This document shows, piece by piece, positions 1-9,444 of a stretch of DNA of 13,839 bases; within the stretch, counting starts at the first letter, position 1; the number at the start of each line of letters is the position of its first letter. Where the stretch lies: assembly GCF_006345805.1 (NCBI RefSeq), contig NW_021826065.1, forward strand, positions 1-13,839, written 5' to 3'. Source of the DNA: Octopus sinensis (taxonomy: Eukaryota). The position numbers were made by a program, and so were the translations under genes. The notes under the pieces are model-generated. The model did no database searches. It had not been told where the DNA came from and saw only the letters and a list, made by a program, of their open reading frames with translations.

Positions 1-735
1 GGTAAGTAGATTGCTTACCAACCACAAGGTTCCTGGTTCAGTCCCACTGCGTGGCACCTTGGTCAAATGTCTTCCACTATAGCCTCTTCTACTATAGCAT
101 CGGGCCGACCAAAGTCTTGTGAGTGGATTTGGTAGACGGAAACTGAAAGAAACCCGGCGTATATATGTATAATAAATATATATATATATAATATATATTA
201 TATATATATAATATATATATTATATTATATATATATATATACAAAATGAGAAAATGGAGAAACATACCTAAATCAATCATCAACCATCAGATAATACCCA
301 CTCAATACTTTATTAAACCATTACACAACAGCAATGACATTATACATAATATATTACAAATATAACTAGACATAGAAATAGAAATAGAAAATACAATTAC
401 ATTGTAGCTGACAGCTGTTTCGGCCGTGAAGACAGGTATGTCCCATTTAACCTATTAGCCATATATATATATATATCTGTGTGTGTGTGTGTGTGTGTGT
501 GCGTGTGTGTGTGCGTGTATGTTTGTGTGTCTATGTTTGTCCCCATAGCATTGCTTGACAACCGATGCTGGTGTGTTTACGTCCCCGTCACTTAGCGGTT
601 CGGCAAAAGAGACTGATAGAATATATACTAAGCTTACAAAGAATAAGTCCTGGGGTCGATTTGCTCGACTAAAGCCGGTGCTCCAGCATGGCCACAGTCA
701 AATGACTGAAACAAGTAAAAGAGTAAAAGAGTAAA
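1..735 (+). mobile_element. tRNA-derived SINE, family A; 5' end cut by window edge; interrupted by an insertion at about 242-462
   Basis: 1-170 (B-box-like GGTTCAGTCCC, GGCACCTTGGTCAAATGTCTT, GTGAGTGGATTTGGTAGACGGAAACTGAAAGAA) and 479-735 (AGCATTGCTTGACAACCGATGCTGG...GAAACAAGTAAAAGAGTAAAAGAGT) match the head and tail of the intact copy at 9811-10215. Short local duplication of CTTC(C/T)ACTATAGC at about 71-98. Confidence 0.9.
242..462 (-). mobile_element. Penelope-like terminal-repeat fragment with truncated hammerhead motif, nested in the SINE's internal (TA)n
   Basis: Minus strand reads ATGGC...GCC-GAAAC-AGCT-GTC-AGCTAC, i.e. stem II ends, GAAA, palindromic stem III and a GUC triplet. The CUGANGA half is lost at the (TA)n junction. 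Flanked by (TA)n on both sides. Confidence 0.55.
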
Positions 736-1004
736 GGTTTTTATATTATAAAAGCTATTAAATGCAAAATGGAAGTTACTTTTGTGTCACCCTGTATCCA
801 AAGAGAAAAAAACCCCAGAAATATCTCTCTATTAAATCATAGACCTTAATCTGACGGTCGGGATATCAAGTTGGTGTGAACGTTAGTGTAAATGGTAGTA
901 CAGTAATCGCGAAAACATAAGTGTATGAGTTCGAGTACCACGTGTACGAAAAATCAATTTTTTTACCGTCGAGGATTTATATACCCCAATATAAGACTAT
1001 TTTC

Positions 1005-1145
1005 TACTTCCCAACCACATGGTACTGGGTTCAGTCCCATGGCTTGGCACATTGTATAAGTGTCTTCTACTATAGCTTCTGGCCAACTAAAGCCTTTTGG
1101 TGGATTTGGTAGACGGAAACTGAAATACTGAAATAAACCCGTCAT
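1005..1145 (+). mobile_element. Degenerate SINE family A head fragment
   Basis: CCAACCACATGGTACTGGGTTCAGTCCCA...AAGTGTCTTCTACTATAGC...TGGATTTGGTAGACGGAAACTGAAA matches 9845-9960; followed by (TACA)n. Confidence 0.85.
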
Positions 1146-1195
1146 TTATATACATACATACATACATACATACATACATACATACATACATACAC

Positions 1196-1395
1196 ATGTG
1201 ACCTCGTGTGTACCGTTGGCAATTTTTTTCCCTCTGTCTTCCCTTCTTTGGATCTTTCGTTTTCCTATGTTTCCGACGAAGAGCTCCGCTCGAAACGTTA
1301 AACCCTTCTTCTTTCCTGAGCGTCCAATAATACTATATTTGTTCCACGTCCTCGCCTTGTTGTTCTTTTTTGTGCTTTCTTGTTTGGACTAACTA
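1196..1395 (+). mobile_element. Short pyrimidine-rich repeat (family H) carrying a minimal type I hammerhead motif; probably Penelope-derived
   Basis: Homologous to 6921-7082 and 8860-9045 (shared GAAGAGC-loop-GCTCGAAA, then CC.GAGC.T..A.TAATAC); ends in (TA)n. Confidence 0.7.
1269..1303 (+). ncRNA. Minimal type I hammerhead ribozyme-like motif (U4C variant)
   Basis: GTTT-CCGACGA-A-GAGC(TCC)GCTC-GAAAC-GTT-AAAC: stem I GTTT/AAAC, stem II GAGC/GCTC, palindromic AACGTT stem III. Confidence 0.55.
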
Positions 1396-1591
1396 TATAT
1401 ATGTACATATATATATGTATATATATATATTTGTGTGTGTGTGTGTGTATGTATTTGTGTATATATTAAAATGGTAGGTATGTTCAATTTGGTGTGAGCG
1501 TAGGTGTGTTCCCTATGATAATGATGAACACGCGCTACCATATGTATTCATGCATATCTCATCGCTTTTCCTATTTCCTCATATTTTCCAG

Positions 1592-1803
1592 ATGGCTGGG
1601 TCGGCTACATCCGAGGATGTTACAAACCTGGGATGCTACACGGAATAAGCGACAAGAATGGATGCCGGCATTGGACGTCTCCCACCAACAACATGACGGC
1701 TCTCTACTGCTTCTGCGACACAGACTACTGCAACAGTGCTCCCGCTGCTTATTCATCCTCCATGCTAGTGTCGCTACTCATCGCTGTTGGAAGTCTTTTG
1801 TAA
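1592..1803 (+). CDS. Terminal coding exon of a GPI-anchored Ly6/uPAR (three-finger; quiver/sleepless-like) protein
   Basis: Polypyrimidine tract and acceptor TTTTCCAG (AG 1590-1591), phase-1 junction. Frame from 1594 reads GWVGYIRGCYKPGMLHGISDKNGCRHWTSPTNNMTALYCFCDTDYCNSAPAAYSSSMLVSLLIAVGSLL* with TAA at 1801-1803. It has the LU-domain IRGC and C-x-C-x-x-D-x-CN motifs, an NMT sequon, small residues after CN (omega site) and a hydrophobic tail. Confidence 0.9.
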
Positions 1804-1958
1804 AAGAAGAAGAGGCGACCGGGGGATGGGTCGGCGCACATTTATTCCCTCCTCTTGCAACTCCCCATCCTTCTCCTCATTGTCCTTGTATTACAAAATT
1901 TTGAAAATATCTGGCTTTGTAAAACTTTATTTTATTATTAATCTCACATTATACATCC

Positions 1959-1990
<32 letters not shown>

Positions 1991-2189
1991 ATATGAGGGA
2001 ATATTATTCCAAACTTACAGGGAAAAATTCAATTTAGAAATACTAAATCAAATTTCACAAAATATGATACATATATATAAATTAGAAAAAAAACAATACA
2101 TTCTATCAATTCAATAATGAAAAATTAAATTATACCATCTAGAAAATTATTATATATATATCTATTATATATATATATATATAATATAT

Positions 2190-2229
<40 letters not shown>

Positions 2230-2244
2230 TTGTGGACTGGCAGC

Positions 2245-2382
2245 TGTAAGTTCTGTGTGGTTAAGAGGCTCGCCTCCTGGTCACGTGATTTTGAGTACAG
2301 ACGCACATTAGTTAAGTGTCTCACCCTTGGACTGATCAAAACGTTGTCAGTGGATTGGCTGTCAGAAACTGAAGTAAACCCT
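2245..2382 (+). mobile_element. Highly diverged SINE family A head fragment
   Basis: CTGTGTGGTTAAGAGGCTCGC...AAGTGTCT...GTCAGTGGATTGGCTGTCAGAAACTGAAGTAAACCC is colinear with the family A head. Confidence 0.6.
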
Positions 2383-2467
2383 TAATAGACAACAATAAAC
2401 ATACATACATCATATATATACATATATACATACATAGATATATATATATATATATATATAGAATATG

Positions 2468-2512
<45 letters not shown>

Positions 2513-2527
2513 GTATATATATATATA

Positions 2528-2900
2528 CTAGCAGTATCGCCGCGTTGCTCAGGTTTGTAAGGGAATAACTATAAAGCATTTTTAGAGAGTTATGCCAAAA
2601 AATAGCAAAAAAATGAGAAAAAAAATGATGGTAAAATTTTTTTGAGAGTAAAAAAAGGTTGAGTTGCGTCCCCTAGACAGTCTGTGGTTTGTTTGTTTTG
2701 ATTCTCGACCCCATGTCGAATTTATCGATTTTTTTCAGAACTGGGGAACTTTTCAAAATTTTCGCTGCGTTAGTTTTGAATTATGACATTGGGCTATGTG
2801 TGTGTCAAGTTTCATCAGAATCGGTTGAAAGCCGTGGTCAGGGTGAGGGTACGAGAAAACAGACACACAGAAACACGCACAGACAAACTGCCGTTTATAT

Positions 2901-2903
<3 letters not shown>
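2528..2903 (-). mobile_element. Non-autonomous Helitron
   Basis: On the minus strand it begins TCTATATAAACGGCAG and ends with a degenerate GC-rich hairpin (CCTGAGCAACGCGGCG) followed by CTAG. It sits between A and T with no TSD, matching canonical Helitron termini. Confidence 0.8.
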
Positions 2904-2945
<42 letters not shown>

Positions 2946-2990
2946 TATATATATATATATATACGTAATATAATATATATATATATATAG

Positions 2991-3054
<64 letters not shown>

Positions 3055-3167
3055 CAATGTGAGTGCGTGTGCTTCAACACCGTTAGGTATATCTGTTTCC
3101 AAAACGTTTGAGCAGGAAACGGTGACTTGTTTTTATTTCTCCTGTCGACAAGTGGTCCACTGCTGGT

Positions 3168-3379
3168 TTGGACCTTTGACGTCACGTGATACTTAACTAG
3201 CAAAGCAGAAACATTGGACCACACGAATGGCTTCCGGTTGGAAAATAATTCGTTTGAATTACAGCTACAGCCCATCGCCTGGGCTTCCACTCATTTTCCG
3301 TTAACCCACGTTTATTACGAAATGAATTCGCTGACGCTGACATAGCGTTTGTCAAAACTGCGACGGCGTGACTATAAAA
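3168..3379. promoter_or_regulatory. Candidate cis-regulatory cluster in non-microsatellite, CpG-retaining sequence
   Basis: Overlapping CRE TGACGTCA (3177-3184) and E-box CACGTG (3183-3188), adjacent TGGACCTTTG nuclear-receptor-like site, ATTGG (3213-3217), ETS-like CTTCCGG (3231-3237) and TATAAAA (3373-3379). Motif matches only. Confidence 0.3.
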
Positions 3380-3767
3380 TCTGAACCACACACGTACACA
3401 TATTCACATATACAGAAACGTATAAACATGCAGACACACACAGATACACACGCACATACACGTAGACAAACAGACAGACACACACATATATTCATACTCT
3501 TAATTATTAAACAACGGCTCAGATTTTAACACAAGAAATTACAGGGACCAAGTTGGTTCGAAACAAGCAATGCATAACTCGGGAGTGTAACCCCAAATTA
3601 CGTGTGAGAATTGATGCAGGCCGATCAAAGAAGAGCCCTTAATTTCTGACCCGAACATGCTTGTATGTATACATACATACATACTTACATACAATACCGA
3701 TCAGGGTAAATTAGTGCTTAACACCACGATTGTGGATGAATATTCTCTAATGTTGGGTTTACAAAAC

Positions 3768-3866
3768 TACCATTGGTTTCATGCTCACAATTCTCTCGAC
3801 GAATAGCAACGTCACAAGTGGAAGGCTTGATAAATGCTTAGAATTGTCTGCATGAAACCAGTGGTA
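3768..3866. repeat. 27-bp inverted repeat with degenerate hammerhead-like right arm
   Basis: TACCATTGGTTTCATGC-TC-ACAATTCT (3768-3794) versus AGAATTGT-CT-GCATGAAACCAGTGGTA (3840-3866). Confidence 0.7.
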
Positions 3867-3972
3867 AACTCGTTAATTCATAAATAAAGTTTACACACAT
3901 ACATATGCATGCATATGATATATATGTATGTAGATATATAATCAAAATAAGCAGCAGGATATCAAGAAGTGA

Positions 3973-4058
3973 TGCAGTACGACCGTCTCAAGCTGGTCCA
4001 TTTAATTGAACAATGAAATCATTACATCAATTTAATTGAAGTGCCATCCTCAGCTGCA
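3973..4058 (-). ncRNA. Type I hammerhead ribozyme-like motif (GAAA mutated to GAGA)
   Basis: Minus strand: TGCAG-CTGAGGA-TGGC...long stem II...CTT-GAGAC-GGTC-GTA-CTGCA; stem I TGCAG/CTGCA is a perfect 5-bp match. Confidence 0.55.
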
Positions 4059-4345
4059 CAAATAAATAAACAGAGTTTTTACCAGTTGGACACATTAATA
4101 TAATTTCCCTCAAATATCTTAGCAGAGCAAGAAGATGGAAGAAATTCATGTTGTCGCTATTTGTAGCTGAAAATAGACTTCCCTTTCAAGACTCGGATGA
4201 TCCTTATTGAAGTCATAGTGTTGTAAAGGATTGTAATTCATTTCTAATTCATTCATCACTTTATCTAACTACTGAATCTAAGACTAGCAGAATGTGTCTG
4301 TTTTGAATAAAGGACAAGAGTGAGTTGACACACCATGGCTAGGTA

Positions 4346-4688
4346 AGGGTAAAGACCCCCTTCGGTCATGAATGACCATGGGATTGCACCGAGAAAGTTA
4401 CCCTCCTAGACACAAGTCCGGGCAAGGTTGTTTATGGAAGGCCAGCAGTCGCCCATGCATACCAGCCTCCCCTCTCCATGCCACCAGTGTTATCTAAGGG
4501 AAAGGCAAAGGGGCCGATACAGCTTGGCACCAGTGACGTCGCAACTCATTTCTACAGCTGAGTGAACTGGAGCAACGTGAAATAAAGTGCCTTGCTCGAG
4601 AACACAACACGCAGCCCGGTCCGGGATTCGAGCTCACAACCTCACGATCGTAAGCTCGACGCTCTAACCACTGAGCCATGCGCCTTCA
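4346..4688 (-). mobile_element. Full-length tRNA-derived SINE, family B, with 12-bp target-site duplication
   Basis: Minus-strand head has A box TGGCTCAGTGG and B-box-like GCTCGAATCCC, then CTCGAGCAAGGCACTT...CACTCAGCTGTAGAAATGAG. Exact TSD CATGGCTAGGTA at 4334-4345 and 4689-4700. Confidence 0.92.
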
Positions 4689-5123
4689 CATGGCTAGGTA
4701 TGGTCGAAAATATTGTCATATGTGTCCCTTTTCCTCAGGGAGGAAAGAAGACATTAGGAGTAGTCAATAGAAAGTAACTGTCTATGAAAAGAGACTAGGT
4801 AGGGGAATACTTTAAATCATGATGTTAATTACCAGTTAAGGGAGCAGGCGCCAAGAAACCTAAGATGTTAATACAGAGGAAATTTTACTTAGGGGCACTA
4901 TGGGTGATTGCTTATCAACAATATTGTTATATTGTATAAAAAATAAAATTTAAGATTTTCAGAAATGATATCATAACCAAAACAGGTAAAATGTGTGTAT
5001 ATAACAATTATAAACATCAGAAAGGAAAGATTACACATAATCAGTTTAATCATCATTTATGTACTTAATTAATTAGTTATTAGGTGATTTCTATAAAGAC
5101 TGCTGAGGGCATTTATCTATTTG

Positions 5124-5209
5124 TGCACCTGAAGATGGCATTGCATTTAAATTGAAGTAATGATTACGTTGTTCAATTAAATGGAGCCGCTTGAAACGGT
5201 CGTACTGCA
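5124..5209 (+). ncRNA. Type I hammerhead ribozyme-like motif
   Basis: TGCAC-CTGAAGA(5129-5135)-TGGC...CATTTAAATTGAA/TTCAATTAAATG stem...GCCG-CTT-GAAAC(5193-5197)-GGTC-GTA(5202-5204)-CTGCA. Core nucleotides are intact, but stem I closes with a C-C mismatch and there are 3 extra nt before GAAA. Confidence 0.6.
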
Positions 5210-5322
5210 TCACTACTTGATTCCCTGTTGCTTATTTTGATATTAAAAACCTTACTTCGAGCTGTACGGATAATACCGGACTGATTTGGTGCTTCAACTA
5301 GTACCTAAATTCAACTGAATCT

Positions 5323-5366
<44 letters not shown>

Positions 5367-5371
5367 TATAT

Positions 5372-5407
<36 letters not shown>

Positions 5408-5577
5408 TATATATGAATATATATATATGTATGTATATATATATATATATAAATATATATAGATGATATATATATATATATATATATATTAGATATATAT
5501 ATATATAAATATATATATATGTATGTATATATATATATACATATATAAATATATATATGTAGATATATATATTATAT

Positions 5578-5613
<36 letters not shown>

Positions 5614-5699
5614 GTTGTTATATATATATATATATATATCTGGTATAACCGAGTGTTTATTTTTAAACCATGTTTTGTATTGTATTTTCCGAAGCCTAC

Positions 5700-6085
5700 T
5701 ACAACGGATTCCAGGCCAATCTGGAGCAATCTAATTCAACGGTCCAGGTCATTCCCTCAATTCCTCATCACAGTGCTGCACCCCCGCACACCTTGGATCC
5801 ACATTTTCAAAGAAACGGAAGAAACGGAATGTTTCACTTTCATACTTCGATCCACGTCGCAAACAAACTGGAACGAACGTTTTTCTTTCAGCGCCTAATC
5901 CTCCTTACAGTTCATTAAACATTTTTCTTATCCTTCTAATCCCCTTTTATATCATTTCTCTGCTTCATCCCACAATCTTCTCTGCCTGGTTCTCCTCATC
6001 CCATTCCTCCTTCTTTCTACCTCTCATATACTCTTTCTCTCTCCTACCACTTCCTGATAACGTATGAAACCCCTCTGGTCCTGCA
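5700..6085 (+). pseudogene. Degraded Penelope-like GIY-YIG endonuclease C-terminus plus pyrimidine-rich 3' region
   Basis: Frameshifted pieces NST / GHSLN (5747-) / LITVL / HLGSTFSKKRKKR / ECFTFILRSTSQTNWNERFSFSA* (stop ends 5898) resemble remembered PLE C-termini (HFN..GHS...R...E...I..L.T..P.G.NERFSF). A decayed CTGATAA-CGTAT-GAAAC motif follows at 6054-6070. Confidence 0.5.
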
Positions 6086-6288
6086 TCCTTTATCATTTGC
6101 AGGCAGTTCTTTTTTAAGACAGTAGATATAAAACGATGGTGTCTCTCATGAAATTTGCTTGTGAACATTTCCGTGAAGATAGACTTTGTCCGAACGGCAA
6201 ATTCCCTGTGGTCATTTCATCAACTTTTCTAAGTAATACAATATTTTCCGATACGGATCAACAGCTGATTTTTGGAAGTGTAATAGTG

Positions 6289-6335
<47 letters not shown>

Positions 6336-6468
6336 TAGATAAATATATACATACGGCAGAAAAAGTTCAGGAAAGGCACGTATATTGTTGCATAACTGAA
6401 GTGGGACTATTTATGTCTATATATGTATATATAGGTATATTATATATATATATATATAAATAATAATA

Positions 6469-6513
<45 letters not shown>

Positions 6514-6849
6514 TTATATATATATATTATATATATATATTATATATATGTATATAGATATATATATATATATATATGTATATGTATATATGTATATATA
6601 TATATATTTAACATGCCCGCATATTATATATATGTATTATATATATATATATATATATACATATATATATTACACACAGATATATATATATGAATTTATG
6701 TCTATGTATATGCATGGATATATGTATTCAGTGTGTATCAATTTTTCTATATATCTATAAATCTGTGTATACATACGAATATATATATATATATGAATAT
6801 ATATATATGTATTTTATATATATGTATATATATGTATGTTTTATGTATA

Positions 6850-6889
<40 letters not shown>

Positions 6890-6920
6890 CTGTCTATATA
6901 TCGATTTATCTATCTATATC

Positions 6921-7082
6921 AATTCTCTCTCTGATTATTTTCTTGTGTTCCTTTCTGTTGAAGAGCTTTAGGCTCGAAACATAAAAGACTTTCTCACCTT
7001 CCAGAGCATTAAACTAATACATCTGTTTGTTGTTTATACAACTGTCTCCGTTTTTTGGTTTTTTCTGTAAATTTCAACTATA
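6921..7082 (+). mobile_element. Family H repeat with degenerate hammerhead motif
   Basis: 6951-6987: CTTT-CTGTTGA-A-GAGC(TTTAG)GCTC-GAAAC-ATA-AAAG; homologous to 8880-9045 and 1196-1395. Confidence 0.7.
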
Positions 7083-7215
7083 CAAGTATACATACATTCA
7101 TACATACATACATACATACATACATACATACATACATGCGTGCATACATACATATATATATATATATATACATTATATACATATACTTACACACATATAT
7201 ACTTTTATATATATG

Positions 7216-7251
<36 letters not shown>

Positions 7252-7422
7252 TATTCGTGTACATGCATATATGAGGCAATACAATAAGTGAGTAATATAA
7301 AACGTAAGCTATTTGGTCACATGGTATACATAACTTTTTGTATGATCATTGTAATCGAAATGTGGCCTCCTTGTTGCTAGACTCATTGGACGCAACTCCT
7401 ACCTCAGGTCCCTATAACCGTC

Positions 7423-7423
<1 letters not shown>

Positions 7424-7453
<30 letters not shown>

Positions 7454-7500
7454 TAAAATTAATAACAATAAAAAAGAATAATAGTGATAATAATAATAAC

Positions 7501-7565
<65 letters not shown>
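7424..7565. repeat. (TAA)n microsatellite
   Basis: Direct reading; left flank of the R4/Dong fragment. Confidence 0.95.
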
Positions 7566-7566
<1 letters not shown>

Positions 7567-7840
7567 GTCAGGTCTCAGGAAATCCCAAAATGGTAGATAT
7601 TCAAAGAATAGGGCTCAGGGGAACTGCCCATATCCTACGTAAAATACTTTCTATGTAGTTTCAAATTTTAAAACAATTCATAATTTTCTTATGTTTTCTT
7701 AAACATTCTCTTGATGCAAAATTAAATAATTGACACCCTAGGCATAACACCAACATGAACTTCTAACTTGTTGTCTCTTGAGGTCTTTGGGTGAGACTTG
7801 GAGCCAACTTGTACAAATACAAAGCAAATGTCAAACATAC
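7567..7840 (+). mobile_element. 5'-truncated R4/Dong-clade non-LTR retrotransposon: ORF end plus 3' UTR, inserted in (TAA)n
   Basis: 7569-7658 translates QVSGNPKMVDIQRIGLRGTAHILRKILSM*, matching the IQK..LLGTA.ILR..L C-terminus of R4/Dong restriction-like endonuclease domains. (TAA)n on both sides is the known Dong target. Confidence 0.85.
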
Positions 7841-7879
7841 AATAATAATAATAATAATAATGATAATAATAAAATAATA

Positions 7880-7924
<45 letters not shown>

Positions 7925-7925
<1 letters not shown>

Positions 7926-8115
7926 TTTGGCAAAAGGTTTGCAATTTTGGGGTTGGGGTATAAATTGATTACATAGACCCCTGTGAATAACTGGTACTTA
8001 TTTCATCGACCCTGAAAGAGATAAATGGCAAAGTCGACCTCGGTGGAACATAAAAAGGGACAAAATGCTATTAGCATTTTCTCCAGCCAGACAACAATGC
8101 TGCCATTTCGCCGCG
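7925..8115 (-). mobile_element. SINE family C, degenerate copy
   Basis: Minus strand reads GCGGCGAAATGGCAGCATTGTT...CCGAGGTCGACTTTGCCATTTATCTCTTTCAGGGTCGATGAAATAAGTACCAG with an (ATT)n tail; homologous to 8172-8360. Confidence 0.8.
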
Positions 8116-8171
8116 TTAACAATAATAATGTTGATGATCGTAATAATAATAATAATGATAATTACTATTAT

Positions 8172-8782
<611 letters not shown>

Positions 8783-8859
8783 ATTTTGATACGAATTCGT
8801 GCATATAATGTTAGGATCATTATACAATATACGCATGCAACCATTTAGGCGCACTCATA

Positions 8860-9045
8860 TATAGACCGCTAGCGACTAAACCTTTTCTATTTTCTCTCCC
8901 TGTTTCTTTCTGTGTTCCTTTCTGACGAAGAGCGTAGGCTCGAAAAAAAACAGACTTTCTCACTTCCCGAGCGTTAAATAATACATCTGTTTCTTGGTTA
9001 CGCACCAGTCTTCGTCTTTTATTTTTTCGTAAATTCTCACTAAAT
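8860..9045 (+). mobile_element. Family H repeat with hammerhead core, stem III decayed
   Basis: 8918-8950: CTTT-CTGACGA-A-GAGC(GTAG)GCTC-GAAAAAAAA; canonical CUGACGA, but the C-GU-H part is replaced by an A run. Confidence 0.7.
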
Positions 9046-9050
9046 ATGTG

Positions 9051-9130
<80 letters not shown>

Positions 9131-9149
9131 TAGATATAGATATATAATT

Positions 9150-9369
9150 AAATAAGGGTAGAAACTAATTATTAATCAATTAAAACCAGTGGCTTAGTAT
9201 ATTGTAAAAAAATCCGGAGATTAAAATTTGTTTTACATACAAATTTAGAGGATTGACCACTAAAATTGGATATGTTCTCATTACATATTCCTCGTGGTTA
9301 ATGGCGATTTCACGTCTATGTTTAGCATATAGGCTGTCCACTTTTTAGTGGTCAGTCCTCGAAATTTTG

Positions 9370-9372
<3 letters not shown>
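9150..9372. mobile_element. Asymmetric fold-back repeat in (TA)n, copy 1
   Basis: Inverted arms 9237-9270 and 9337-9372 (ATACAAATTT..GAGGA.TGACCACTAAAA..TGGA); the unpaired left extension resembles that of 9445-9765. Confidence 0.65.

Positions 9373-9444
<72 letters not shown>

Larger units (their letters stand above)
3941..5241. mobile_element. Penelope-like element remnant bounded by about 130-bp inverted hammerhead-containing repeats
   Basis: 3941-4070 is the diverged reverse complement of 5112-5241; each arm carries a type I hammerhead layout; no intact ORF between them. Confidence 0.65.

Noticed and set aside
775-796. Tc1/mariner-like terminus (CACCCTGTA)
   Set aside because: No partner inverted repeat or transposase remnant found in the window; too short to support.
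880-942. Pol III A/B-box-like pair (TAGTGTAAATGG, GAGTTCGAGTACC)
   Set aside because: No convincing cloverleaf or SINE body follows; at most a very old SINE head.
1494-1904. 136-aa ORF in the supplied track
   Set aside because: Overlaps the Ly6 exon in a different frame, crosses the splice acceptor and has no recognisable motif.
4610-4686. tRNA gene on the minus strand
   Set aside because: It is the tRNA-derived head of a SINE, continuing into the SINE body and bounded by a TSD.
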